A stretch of DNA of 63,928 nucleotides, filler included, from Chiloscyllium plagiosum (taxonomy: Eukaryota): the NCBI RefSeq assembly GCF_004010195.1. It is 5 parts of one record of this genome, joined end to end, with 100 filler letters (N's around TTAATTAATTAA, not from the genome) between each part and the next. Parts side by side here need not be neighbours in the genome. Positions count along the whole stretch, not along the records: positions 1 to 16,044 come from NC_057710.1; positions 16,145 to 36,613 come from NC_057710.1; 3 more parts are not named here. One strand, 5' to 3'. This document shows, in pieces, positions 12,410-24,685 of the stretch. The notes beneath the pieces are model-generated. The model was given only the letters and a program-made list of their open reading frames with translations. It was not told the origin of the DNA and ran no database searches. Every line of letters begins with the position of its first letter. Within the stretch, counting starts at the first letter, position 1. The translations under genes and the position numbers were made by a program.

Positions 12410-14405
12410 AAAGAAGAGTTGACCCTATGGGATGAGATGTGGATGCTGCAGAAGATAAAGGCAGGGTTTTAAATGAGTATGTTGTTCACATATTCATAAT
12501 GCAAACATTCTAATCAGAGAGGAGGAGTGTGAAATATTAGACACAATATGCGTAATACAAAAGGAAGCAGTGGAGAGACTGACATCCTTAAAGTTGGCAA
12601 CATCACCATGGAAGCCTAAGGAATTAACAGATGCTCTGCAGATCATTTTCCAATCCTCACTCGATGGAGGCGAGATACCTGAAGATTAGAAGTTTGCAAA
12701 TGTACCATTGTTGATAAAAGATGAGCGGGATAGTATCACCAGTCAGTCTGATTTTGGTGATGGGCAAATTATTAGTATCAATCCTAAGACACTGAATAGA
12801 CCGTCACTTAGAAAGGCACTGATTTGTCAGGGATTGTTGGCATGGTTGTGTTAGGGGAAGGTCATGTCTTATTAATTAAATTTTTTTGAGGAAGGAACAA
12901 GAAAGAAATAGTTGCTGCATAGGTTATCCGAGCAGAAGGGTTATTTTGGAGTTGTACAGGACTTTGGTTAGGCTGCAGCTGCAATACTGTGTGCATTTCT
13001 GGTCTTTAGGACTATAGGGACTGATGTGTTTGGTCTGGCGGGGGTTCAGAGGTGATTCACCAGGATGTTTCCTTGGATGGAGCATCTTAGCTGTGAAAAG
13101 AGGCTGGATAAGCATAGATTTGTTTTCTTTGGAGCACAGAAGTTTGGCAGGAGACCTGATGTAGGGGTATAAAGTTATGAGAGGCATGGACAAAATGGAT
13201 AGAAATTTCCGCCTTAGTTGAAGGGTTAATAACAAGGGTTTCAAGTTGAAGGTTTGGGGGAACTTGAGGATAAATGTTTTGACCGAGAGGGTGGTAGGGG
13301 TCCAGAATGCACTGCGTGGGAGAGTAGTAGAGGTATTTAAAGCAAACTTTAAAAAATACTTGGATAAGTGCATGGAATGTCATAACATTTAAGGCAATGG
13401 GGCCAAGTGCTGAACAAAGGGGCTACTGTAGATTTGGTGTATTTTTGGCATTGCAGACTTAATGGGCTAACAGGCCATTTCTTTACAAAACGACAAAAAA
13501 GCAAAGAACTGTGGATGCTGGAAATCAGAAAGAAAATCAGAAATTGCTGGAAAAACTCAGCAGGTCCTGCAGCATCTGTGGAGAGAACGCAGAGATAACA
13601 TTTCGGGTCCAGTGACCTTTCTTCAGAAAAAGGTTGACATATGCTGAAGGAGGATCACTGAACCCAAAATGTTATCTCTGCTTTCTCTCCACAGATAGAG
13701 CCAGACCTGCTGAGGTGTTCCAGCAATTTCTGATTTTGGACTCTTTTTCGCTGTATGATTGACATACATTAGGTGCAATGGATGTTGTCTATATGGATTT
13801 TTGTAATGTGTTTGACAAGATTCTACATTGCAGATTGGCCAGGAAAAAAAATGTTAATGGGACGCAGAGAATGTGAGCATTCAATCCAAAATTGCCTCAG
13901 CAATAGGAAGAATAGGGTAATTGGTAATGGATGTTTTTGCAAATGGAAAATGGTTTCTCATGCTGGGTATCTTGCTACTTGTATGTTATTGTATTTAGTG
14001 TACATTAATGATTTGGACTTACATTGGAAAAAATTTAGATGACGCAAATTTGGCTGTGTGGCTGAAAGTGAAGAGGAAAGTTCTTGATCCCAGAAGTGTA
14101 TCAATAATTTGGTTGACTGAGCAAATGGAATTCAAAGTGTGAAGTCACGCATTTGGGGAGTGCAGAAAAAGCTATGGAGGTAATGACAAATAGCCAACAG
14201 GACATTGACAAGTTGGTGGAATGACCAGATGAAGTTCAATACAGAGAAGTGGGAGGTGATTCACTTTGATTGGAAGAACAATGAAAGACAATACAAATAG
14301 AGGATGCAATTCTAAAGGGTATGCAGGAGCAGAGTGCACAGTTAATTGAAGGTGGCAGGAAAGGTAGAGAGAGCAGTTAGTAGGTGTTCTCAGCTTTATT
14401 AACAG
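12410..14405 (+). mobile_element. Degraded CR1 ORF2 fragments with a palindromic PLE mini-element at about 13495-13740
   Basis: Degenerate CR1 motifs (IADALQIIFQSSL, LYRTLVRLQLQYCVHFW, YINDLD). Inverted arms gctggaaatcaga...ctcagcaggt / acctgctgag...tctgatt. Confidence 0.75.
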
Positions 14406-14409
14406 GAGC

Positions 14410-15166
14410 AAAAAGAGTGGTGCTGGAAAAGCACAGCCAGTCAGGCAGCATCCAAGGAGCAGGAGGGTAGATGTTTCAAGCATAAGCTCTTCATCAGGAA
14501 TGAGGGGGGTGGCCCAAGGGGGCTGAGAGATAAATGGGAGAGGGTTGATGCTGGGGCGTAGGTAGCTGGGAATGCGATATGTAGGTGGAGGTGGGGGGAG
14601 ATGGTGATAGAACGGAGTAGAGGGTGGAGCAGATAGGTGGGAAGGAAGATGGACAGGCAGGACAGTTCAAGAGTGTGGTGCTGAGGGTTGGATCTGGGAT
14701 AAGGTGGGGGCAGGGAAAATGAAGAAACTAGTGAAATCAACATTGATCCCGTTTGGTTGGAGGGTGCCAAGGCAAAAGATGAGGCATTTTTCCTCCAGGT
14801 TTTGGGTGTCAAGAATTTGGTGGTGGAGGAGACCCAGGACTTGCATGTCCTTGGCGGAGTGGGAGAGGGAGTTGAAGTGTTCAGCCACAGGGCGGTGGGG
14901 TTGTCTAGTGCATGTGTCTCAGAGATGTTCTCTGAAACATTCTGCAAGTTGGCATCCTGTCTCCCCAATGTAGAGGAAGCCACATCAAGTGCAACGGACA
15001 CAGTAGATGACGTGTGGAGGTGCAGGAGAATCTCTGTTGGATGTGGGAGAATCCTTTGGGGCCTTGGATGGAGGTGAGGAGGGGAGGTGTGGGCACAGGT
15101 TTTACCCTGTGGTGGCAAGGAAAGGTGCCGGGAGTGGAGGGTGGGTGGTTGGGGAGCGTGGACCAA
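14410..15166 (-). mobile_element. Penelope-like element 3' part (GIY-YIG plus terminal repeat)
   Basis: Minus-strand AEHFNSLSHSAKDMQVLGL...LEEKCLIFCLGTLQPNGINVDF is a typical PLE endonuclease C-terminus. Confidence 0.85.
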
Positions 15167-15187
15167 ACAAAACTTATGTATTCTGGG

Positions 15188-16615
15188 TAATCCAAGATGG
15201 AGGACGGGAAAAATTTCTGGCTGTAAGAGCTGCTCCTTTTTTTGAGGTATTTCAGGTGTTGAAGGTGATTTCCTTGAATTCCAGGAGCAGCAATTACTGT
15301 TTTATATGCTGTTGCATTGTTTTGGAACTTTGTTAAAAAAACGTCAAAACAACAGCAGTTTAAAAGGGAGAAGAGCAGACAAAGGAAGCACATGGTGAGG
15401 ACAGTGCAAGAGAGAGAGAGAGAGAGAAAACCTGCAGAGTTACTGCCTTTGCTGTTTGAATTCGTGTATCGCTGGACATCGGAGTGCATCTGGGAAAATT
15501 AACAAACAGTGAGCTAATGAGGGCAGGAATAGGAGGATAGAGCAGATGAATGCATGGCTGAGGAGCTGGTGTATGGGAGAAGGATTGACATTTTTGAATC
15601 ATTGGAATCTCTTTTGGGGTAGAAGTGACCTGTACAAGAAGGACGGATTGCACCTAAATTGGAAGGGGACTAATATACTGGCAGGTAAATTTGCTAGAAC
15701 TGTTTGGGAGGATTTAAATTAGTAAGGTGGGGGGGGGTGGGACCCAGGGAGATAGTGAGGAAAGAGATCGATCTGAGATGGGTACAGCTGAGAACAGAAG
15801 TGAGTCAAACAATCAGGGCAGGCAGGGACAAGGTAGGACTAATAAATTAAACTGCATTTATTTCAATGCAAGGGGCCTAACAGGGAAGGCAGATGAACTC
15901 AGGGCATGGTTAGGAACATGGGACTGGGATATCATAGCAATTACAGAAACATAGCTCAGGGATGGGCAGGACTGGCAGCTTAATGTTCCAGGATACAAAT
16001 GCTACAGGAAGGACAGAAAGGGAGGCAAGAGAGGAGGGGAAATGNNNNNNNNNNNNNNNNNNNNNNNNNNNNNNNNNNNNNNNNNNNNTTAATTAATTAA
16101 NNNNNNNNNNNNNNNNNNNNNNNNNNNNNNNNNNNNNNNNNNNNTACAAGGATGTTGCCAGGGTTGGAGGATCTGAGCTACAGGGAGAGGCTGAACAGAT
16201 GGGGGCTGTTTTCCCTGGAGCGCAGAGGCTGAGGAGTGACGTTATAACGGTTTATAAAATCATGAGGGACGTGGATAGGATAAATAGACAAAGTCTTTTC
16301 CCTGGGTTCGGGGAGTCCAGAACTAGAGGGCATAGGTTTAGGGTGAGAGGGGAAAGATATAAAAGAGACCTAAGGGGCAACTTTTTCACGCAGAGTGTGG
16401 TACGTGTATGGAATAAGCTACCAGAGGATGTCTTGGAGACTAGTACAATTGCAACATTTAAGAGGCATTTGGATGGGTATATGAATAGGAAGGGTTTGGA
16501 GGGATATGGGCCGGGTGCTGGCAGGTGGGACTAGATTGGTTTGGGATATCTGGTCGGCATTGACGGATTGGACCGAAAGGTCTGTTTCCATGCTGTACAT
16601 CTCTATGACTCTATA
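15188..16615 (+). mobile_element. Young CR1 LINE: 5'UTR, ORF1 largely deleted, start of ORF2 endonuclease, gap, then 3' end
   Basis: 5' end taatccaagatggagga matches 50148. LNCIYFNARGL...DIIAITET is the APE endonuclease N-terminus. CR1 3' tail follows the gap. Confidence 0.85.
16045..16144. other. Assembly gap: 44 N + TTAATTAATTAA + 44 N (artificial spacer)
   Basis: The same 100-nt structure occurs at 36614-36713, 51642-51741 and 61422-61521. Confidence 0.95.
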
Positions 16616-16673
16616 AGACAGTCGTGGAGGGAATGGTATCTGTGGAACACAGATAGGAGTGGGGAGAGAAATA

Positions 16674-17760
16674 TATCTCTGGTGGTGGGGTCTGTTTGTA
16701 GGTGGCAGGGATATACTGCAGGCCAAGTGATATTGCTGGGCAAAAGACTATTATGATGTGATTAAGCAAGATTTGGGATGCATTGAATGGGGAAGGAAAC
16801 TGCAGGGGATTAAAATGTGGAGCTTATTCAAGGAACAGCTACTGTGTGTCCTTGATAAGTGTGTACCTGTTGGGCAGAGAAGAAGTGGTCGAGCGAGGGA
16901 GCCATGGTTTACTAAAGATGTTAAATCTCTTGTCAAGAGGAAGAAGAAAGTATATGTTGGACGAGGCTCAGTTAGGGTGCTTGAGAGTTACAAGTTCTCC
17001 AGAAAGACCTAAAGAGAGAGCTAAGAAGAGCCAGGAGGGGACATGCAAAGTCGCTGGCAAGTAGGATCAAGGAAAACCCTAAAGCTTTCTATAGGTTTAT
17101 CAGGAATAAAAGAATGACTAGAGAAACATTAGGGCCAACCTAGGATAGTCGTGGGAATTTATGCGTGGAGTCCGAGGAGATAGGGGAAGCGCTAAATGAG
17201 TATTTTTCGTCAGTATTATCTCTGGTGGTGGGGTCTGTTTGTAGGTGGCAGGGATATACCGCAGGGCAAGTGATATAGCTGGGCAAAAGACTATTATGAT
17301 GCGATTAAGCAAGATTTGGGATGCATTGAATGGGGAAGGAAACTGCAGGGGATTAAAATGTGGAGCTTATTCAAGGAACAGCTACTGTGTGTCCTTGATA
17401 AGTGTGTACCTGTTGGGCAGGGAAGAAGTTGTCGAGCGAGGGAGCCATGGTTTACTAAAGATGTTAAATCTCTTGTCAAGTGGAAGAAGAAAGTATATGT
17501 TGGACGAGGCTCAGTTAGGGTGCTTGAGAGTTACAAGTTCGCCAGAAAGACCTAAAGAGAGAGCTAAGAAGAGCCAGGAGGGGACATGCAAAGTCGCTGG
17601 CAGGTAGGATCAAGGAAAACCCTAAAGCTTTTTATAGGTTTATCAGGAATAAAAGAATGACTAGAGAAACATTAGGGCCAACCTAGGATACTCGTGGGAA
17701 TTTATGCGTGGAGTCCGAGGAGATAGGGGAAGCGCTAAATGAGTATTTTTCGTCAATATT
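16674..17760 (+). repeat. Tandem duplication of a chimeric PLE/CR1 unit of about 543 bp
   Basis: 16674-17217 and 17218-17760 are near-identical. Both start tatctctggtggtggggtctgtttgtaggtggcaggg and end gagtatttttcgtca(g/a)tatt. Confidence 0.9.
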
Positions 17761-17884
17761 CACTCTAGAAAAAGACAATGTTGTTGAGGAGAATACTGAG
17801 ATACAGGCTACTGGACGAGACAGGTAAGTCCCCTGGGCTATATCCTTGGATTTTCCGGGAAGCCAGAGAAGAGATTGCTGGCCA

Positions 17885-18200
17885 TTGATTAGACTAGATT
17901 ACTTACAGTGTGGAAACAGGCCCTTCAGCCCAACAAGTCTACAACCGACCCTCCAAAGAGCAACCCACCCATACCCATTCCCGTACATTTACCCCTTCAC
18001 CTAACACTACGGGCAATTTAGCTTGACCAATTCACCTAATCTGCACATTTTTGGACTGTGGGAGGAAACCGGAGCACCCAGAGGAAACCCACGCAGACTC
18101 GGGGAGAATGTGCAAACTCCACACCGACAGTTGCCTGAGGCGGGAATTGAACCCGGGTCTCTGGTGCTATGAGGCAGCAGTGCTAACCACTGTGCCACAC
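17885..18200 (-). mobile_element. tRNA-derived V-SINE (HE1-like)
   Basis: Reverse complement of the SINE at 11991, inserted within CR1. Confidence 0.9.
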
Positions 18201-18947
18201 TGGCTGTGTGTCATCATTGTCAACAGAAATAGTGCCAGAAAATGGGAGGATAGCAAACGTTGTCCCCTTGTTCAAGAAAGGGACCCTGGTAATTATAGAC
18301 CACTGAGCCTTACTGTGGTTGTGGGTAAAATGTTGGAAAAGATTATAAGAGATAGGATTTATAATCATCTAGAAAGAAATGAGTTGATTAGGGATAGTTA
18401 ACACTGATTTGTGAAGGGTAGGTTGTGCCTCACAAACCTTATTGAGTTCTTTGAGATGGTGATCAAACAGATGGATGAGGATAAAGCGGTCAATGTGGGT
18501 TTTTATGGATTTCAGTAAGACGTTTGATAATGTGTACCATGGTCGGCATTGCACAAAATACAGAGGCATAGGATTGAGGGTGATTTAGAGGTTTGGATCA
18601 GAAATTGGCTAGCTGAAAGAAGACAGAGGATGGTGGTTGATGGGAAACATTCTTCCTGAAGTTCAGTTACTCGTGGTGTACTGCAAAGATCTATTTTGGA
18701 GCCACTGCTGTTTGTCATTTTTATAAATGACCTCAATGATGCCATGGAAGGATGGTTTAGAAAATTTGCAGATGACAGTAAGGTCGGTGGAGTTGTGGAT
18801 AGTGCTGAAGGATGTTGCAGGTTACAGAGGGACGTAGATAAGCTGCAAAGCTGGGCTCAGAGGTGGTAAATGGAGTTTAATGCAGAAAAGTGTGAGGTAA
18901 TTCGCTTTGGAAGGAATAACAGGAATAACGAGTACTGGGCTAATGAT

Positions 18948-19164
18948 GATTTGGAGGTGCCAGTGTTGGACTAGGGTGTACAAAGTTAAAAATCACACAA
19001 CACCAGGTTATAGTCCAACAGGTTTAATTGGAAGCACACTAGCTTTCGGAGTGACGCTCCTTCATCCTTGATAGTCACCTGATGAAGGAGCGTCGCTCCG
19101 AAAGCTAGTGTGCTTCCAATTAAACCTGTTGGACTATAATGTGGTGTTGTGTGATTTTTAATTT
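18948..19164. mobile_element. Palindromic PLE-derived mini-element (80-bp arms) with TSD
   Basis: Arms 18987-19066 and 19081-19160 are near-perfect reverse complements. TSD tgggc(t/c)aatgat at about 18936-18947 and 19165-19176. Confidence 0.85.
19079..19107 (+). ncRNA. Minimal hammerhead ribozyme motif (PLE type)
   Basis: CAC-CUGAUGA-A-GGAGC-GUC-GCUCC-GAA-AGCU-A-GUG: intact core, 5-bp helix II, helix I CAC/GUG, palindromic AGCU. Confidence 0.65.
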
Positions 19165-19874
19165 TGGGCCAATGATAAGATTCTTGATAGTGTAGATGAG
19201 GAGAGAGATTTTGGTGTCCAAATACATAGATCCCTGAAATTTGCCACCCAGGTTGATAAGGTTGTTAAGAAGGCATACACTGTGTAAGCTTTTATTGCTA
19301 GAGAGATTGAATTTCTGAGGTCATACAACAGCTGTACAAAACTTTGGTGCGACCGCCCTTGGAGTATTGCGTACAGTTCTGGTCACCGCGTTATAGGAAG
19401 GATGTGGAAGCTTTGGCAAGGATGCAGAGGAGATTTACTAGGATGTTGCCTGGTATGGAGGGAGGGTCTTTTGAGGAAAGGCTGAGGGACTTGAGGCAAT
19501 TTTCATGAAAGAAGAAGGTTGAGAGGTGACTGCATTGAGACATATAAGATAATCAGAGGGTTAAATAGGGTGGACAGTGGGAGCCATTTCCTCAGATTGT
19601 GATGGCTAGCATGAGGGGACATAGCTTTAAATTGAGGGGTGATAGATATAGGACAGATGTCAGAAGTATGTTCTTTACTCAGAGAGTAGTAGGGGTATGG
19701 AACACACTGCCTGCAACAGTAGTAGACTCGCCAACTTTAAGGGCATTTAAATGGTCATTGGATAAACATGTGGATGAAAATGGAATTGTGTTGGATAGAT
19801 AGGCTTCAGATTGGTTCCACAGGATGACACAACATCGAGGGCCATAGGGCCTGTACTAAGCTGAAATGATCCAT

Positions 19875-21075
19875 GTTCTATGTGGCAGAAATGGCAGAGG
19901 ATGAAGTGTTGTATCTGAATGTTGGTTGGTTGGAAGGTACGGATTGGGAGAGTTCTGTCCTTGTTGCAATTGGAGGGGTGGGGTTCAAGGGCGGAGGTGC
20001 TGGAAGTAGAGGAGTTGCGCTGGAGGGCATTGTTGACCACATGGGAGGGGAAATTGCAGCCCTTGAAGAAGGAGGCCATCTGGGATGTTCTGGAGTGGAA
20101 TTGGTCCTCCTGGGAGCAGATGTGACAGAGGCTGAGGATTTGGGAGTAAGGCATAGTGTTTTTACAGGAAGGCGGATGGGAGGAGGCGTAGTCAGGTAGC
20201 TGTGGGAGTCAGTAAATTTGAAGTAAATGTCTGTGTTGAGTCAGTCACCAGAAATGGAGAAGAAGAGGTTCAGCAAGGGGAGGGAGGCGTTCAAGATGGT
20301 TCAGGTAAACTTGATGTCAGGGTGGAAGGTGTTTGTGAAGTTGATGAACTGTCCAGCCTCTTCATGGGAGCAGAAGATGGTGGACGATAAGGTGGGGAAT
20401 GGTGCCGGTGTAGCTGCGGAAGATGGACTGTTCCACGTACTGGATGAAGAGACAGTCATAGGTGGAGCCCATGCAGGTGCCCATGGCTACCCCTTTTGTC
20501 TGAAGAAAGTTGGAGGACTCAAAGGAGAAATTGTTGAGGGTGAGGACCAGTTCAGCCAATCAAATGAGTGTGTCGGTGGAAGGGTATTTGTTGGGTTAGG
20601 AGGAGAGGAAGAAACAGAAGGCTTGGAGGCCTTCGTCATGGTGGATGGATGTGAATAGAGACTGGATGTCCATGCTGAAGAGGAGGTATTGGGGGCTGGG
20701 GACGAAAGTCGTGGATGAGTTGGGGAGTGTGAGTGCTGTTTCGAATGTATGTGGGGAGATCCTGGACTTAGGGGGACAAGACGGTGTCAAGGTATGCGGA
20801 GATAGGTTTGGTTAGGCAGCAGCAGGCTGAGACGATGGGTCGACCGGGGCAGTCTGGTTTGTGAATTTTGGGTAAGAAGTAGAATCAGGCGGTTCGGGGC
20901 TTCAGGACTATGAGGTTGGAGGCTCCTGAGGTGATAAGGTTATGGATATTCTGGGAAATGATAGTTTGGTGATGGGATGTGAAGTCGTGGTCAAGGGGGG
21001 CAGTAGGAGGAGGTGTCTGTGAATTGGCTTCAGTGGTGTAGAGGTCGGTGCGCCAAATTACCACTGCGCCCCCTT
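19875..21075 (-). mobile_element. Penelope-like element reverse transcriptase fragment
   Basis: Minus-strand LLFSMDIQSLFTSIHH, ELVLTLNNFSF...QTKGVAMGTCMG, PYSQILSLCHICS are PLE RT motifs. Confidence 0.88.
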
Positions 21076-21079
21076 GGAG

Positions 21080-22110
21080 TGCTGCTTAAGATACTTATTA
21101 TACCTCAGGTGGAGTATTGTATACAATTGTGGGCACTGCATTGTAGGAAAGATGTGAATGCATTGCAGACAGTGCAGAAGCGATTTTATAAGAATTGTGA
21201 AACTTCAGTTATGATAAGTTGAAGAAGTTGGACTATTCTACTTGAAGAGAAAAAGGTTGAGAGGAGATTTTACAGGTATTCAAATCATAAGCAGGCTGGA
21301 CAAAGAGATAAGGAGAAACTGTTTCTGCTCATAAAAGATACAAGAACGAGATGGCATCAATTTAAAGTGAAGCAAATGAGGCAAGGGTGATGTGAGAAGA
21401 AGCTTCCTTTCACACAGAAAGTCATTAAGGCATGGAATGTATTGTCTGGAAATGTGGTAGAGGCAGGTTCTATTGAGCCATTCGAAGGGCGTGGGATGAT
21501 TATTTCAGTGTGCAGAGACTGGCATTAGGATATAGAACAAGTGCTGGCATGATGGGCTGACTCATTCTGCAACGTTACATTTCTGTGATTCTGGGAGAAC
21601 TGAGGGGTGCAGAAATGGGAGACCTTGGAGTGCATGTCCACAGGTGCTTCGAAATGGCAGGAAATTTAGATAAGGTGGAGAGGGAAGCACATGGAACACT
21701 TCATGTTTATTGGATGAAATATAGAGTATAAAACTGGATATAATGCTGGAATTATTTAAAATTGGTTAGGCCACAGTACAGAAGAGGCCCTGCGGCCCAT
21801 CAAGATGAAATGTGACTTTCCAGCTGTAGGCCCATAGCCTTGAATGTTTTCAAGTGCTCATCCATGTAAGGTTGTGAGGTTATCCACATCTACTTCTGTT
21901 CCAGCCAGTACATTCCAGATCCTAGCATCTTCTGGGTGAAACCATATCTCCTCAAGCTCCCTCCTGTTGTTCAGCTTAAACGTCTGCCATCTTGTTATTG
22001 ACTCTTAGTGACAGCTGTTTTCTGTCCATCCTGTCCATGCTCCTCAGAACCTTAAACACTTCAATCAGGTCCTCCCGCCCCCTTCTCTGCTGCAAAGAAA
22101 TCAACTGAAG
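21080..22110. mobile_element. Degraded CR1 3' fragments, both orientations
   Basis: PQVEYCIQLW...RKDVNALQTVQKRF on +; inverted CR1 3' fragment at about 21775-22110. Confidence 0.7.
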
Positions 22111-22389
22111 TTTTGACCTCAGTTATGCAGGGTATTGTCTTACAAATAGGCATTTCAGCAGGAATAATGGTGACAGAGTTCTTTAAAGAGGCTTCTAAAA
22201 GTTGTGAGCACTAAGAGACAGCTGGAGCTCGGAAATACAATGAGTAATATTGAAAGTAGCTGCGCAGAATATGGGCAGTTAAAATTGACTAAACCGCTGG
22301 TATCCTGTCTCTTCAACTTTAACGTGTTCTTCAAAGCAGGTGGCAAGAAAGCCCAGTGAAAGTCAGAACTTTCTTTCAGCCGTTTTTTA

Positions 22390-23420
22390 AAAATTCATTC
22401 ATGGGGTCAGCATCACTGACTAGGCCAACATTTATTACCCATCCCTAATTGGGTGAGCCATCTTCCTGAACCACTGCAATTTTATATGGTGCAGCTACAC
22501 TCTTAAATGCTGTAAGCTAACAAGTTCTAGGAATTTTCTCTGTGAATATATCTCCAAATTAGGATTGTGCACAACTTTGAATACAAATTATAAATAGTGG
22601 TTTGCCTACCATCTGCTATCCTTTTAGCCTGGCCCTTGAAAGTGATAAAGTTATCAGTTTAGAAGATGATGCCAAGGCTGCTGCAATGCATCTTGTAGAT
22701 GGTTCAGAAAGAGAGTGTCAGTCATAAGGAGGGGGGTGGGGAATATTTAAATTCATGGCTGAGGTACCAGTCTAGCAGGCTGCTTTGTCCTGAATGGCAA
22801 TAAGATTCTTGAGCGTTGTTGAAGCTGTACTCACCCCAAGAATGTGGGGAGTATTCCATCACACTTATGACATGTGTCTTGTAGATTTTCTTTTGATCAG
22901 GCTGGCATTTATGATCCACCCTAATTGCCCAGAGGGCTGTTAATTGTTAACCACATTGTTGTGGGTCTGGAGTCACATGTAGGCCAAACCAGGTTAAAAC
23001 AGCAGTTTCCTTACTTAAAGGATATTAATGAACCAGATGGGTTCTTCCAACAATTGGCAATGGTTTCATGGTCACCAATAGACTCCTAATTCCAGATATT
23101 TATTGAATTCACCATCTGCCATGGCAGGTTTTGAACCAAGGTCCCCAGAACATTACTAGGATCTCTGGATTAATAGTGTAATGGTATTACCACCAGGCTG
23201 TCGCCTCCCATTAAGATGGTTAACAGGCTTTGGGAAGTCAGGACCTGAATGACTTCTGCAAAATTCCTGGCCTCTGACCGGCTCCTGTTGCGGCAGTATT
23301 TATATGGCTGACCCAGTTCTGTTTTTGATCAATGGTAGTCCCCAGGATAGTGATGGTAACATCATTGAATGTCAAGGGGCGATGATTAAATTCTTTCTTG
23401 TTAGAGATGGTCATTGTATG
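22390..23420 (-). mobile_element. 3' part of a second LINE family (family of 53370) with a nested SINE of the 46950 type at about 22900-23205
   Basis: Reverse complement of the tail gggcaataaatgctggc...catgaatgaat and of the SINE core gactccagacccacaacaatgtggtt. Confidence 0.7.
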
Positions 23421-23682
23421 GCACTAGAGTGTCATGTATGTCGAGAGCCGTTTATTATCCCAAGACTGGTTGCTGCTATCAAGCCCAACTGCATTTTAGA
23501 CAGACAGCTGATCCAGATGAGAGCTGGGTAGAAACAACTTCTGTATCTTGTGCTGAAGAAGCCTGGCCTTGTTTAATCCCATAAAAGGAAGTTAAAAATG
23601 TACATTTTTTAGCAATTCTTCTTCAGCAGTGAAATGGCATGCTAACCACCTCACCATTCCCCCCCCCCACCGCCCACCCACA

Positions 23683-23739
23683 TCAATACTCACCGCCCAC
23701 CTCAATACTCACTGCCCACCTCAATACTCACCGCCCACC
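23683..23739. repeat. Minisatellite, 3 copies of a 19-mer (tcaatactcaccgcccacc)
   Basis: Units at 23683, 23702 and 23721, with one mismatch. Confidence 0.9.
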
Positions 23740-24685
23740 TCCACCCAGTCCTCCTCTAAAATATCAATCAGGATGAAATGATCTTTACAAGACTCTCTAA
23801 CGTGCCCTACTACCTGAACAGTTGTATGCTTTAACTGTCCAGTGACAATAATAACTGGAACCTCAGCATGCGCAGGGTGCTTTATTTAAATGCCACTCTA
23901 CATCCTATGAGCAAAGTTAAAATATATCCCTGTTCCTTTCTATATGATTCACAAATTTTCCAGGAGACAGACTTTAAATATTTAAGAAAGACCAGTTCTG
24001 CAGGCAAATCATTTCACTGCTTTCTTTTCAAAGGGAACATACAGAACAATGGCTATAATCAAATCTCGTCTTAAACCAACCAACTTCCGTTCCCTCCTTG
24101 TAAATAAGAAACACATTAAGTTTCCTCAGTCTTTTTCTTAAGCCAAAAGGATGACACTTCTCTGTAAAATGATTTCCCCAGATCTGAATAGTCTTGTCTT
24201 TGATTCATGGTTTTTAGTTTCTTTTCACTCACAGAAAGTGGGTGCTACTGGCTGGACAGTATATATTGCTCATCTCCAGTTCCCTTAAGACAATGGAGAT
24301 TTAGTAATGGGAATGTCACTGAATGTCAAGGGGTGATGTTCAGACTCTCTCTTGTTGGAGATGTCTCTTGCCTAGCCTTTATGTGGAAAAATGCAGTTTG
24401 CCACTTGTCAGCCAAAATCTGGGTAATATCGCCATCTTGCTGCATTTGGGAATGGATTGCTTCAGGTGCAGTTCAGAGAAGGTTCACAAAGATGAATCAT
24501 AGTATGGAGCCATTGTCTTCTGAGTGAAGGCTAAACTGGTTGCAACTCGAAGAATTAGAGGTGATCACATTGAAACAAATCAGATTCTTAAGGTGCTTGA
24601 CAGGGTAATGGAGAGAGGTTGTTTTCCATCATTGGAGAGTGCAGAACTGAATGGCATAGTTTCAGAATAAAGAGGCACCAATTTA

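Larger units (their letters stand above)
16710..19870 (+). mobile_element. CR1 LINE ORF2 to 3' end, with a nested SINE and a PLE palindrome
   Basis: [68 protein letters not shown]. Confidence 0.9.

Noticed and set aside
16089..16100. TTAATTAATTAA palindrome repeated four times in the window
   Set aside because: It is always centred in 44 N + 44 N and encodes stops in all six frames, so it is a scaffolding spacer and not biology.
23683..23739. Direct repeats as a CRISPR-like array
   Set aside because: Head-to-tail 19-mers with no spacers, in eukaryotic DNA; a simple minisatellite.
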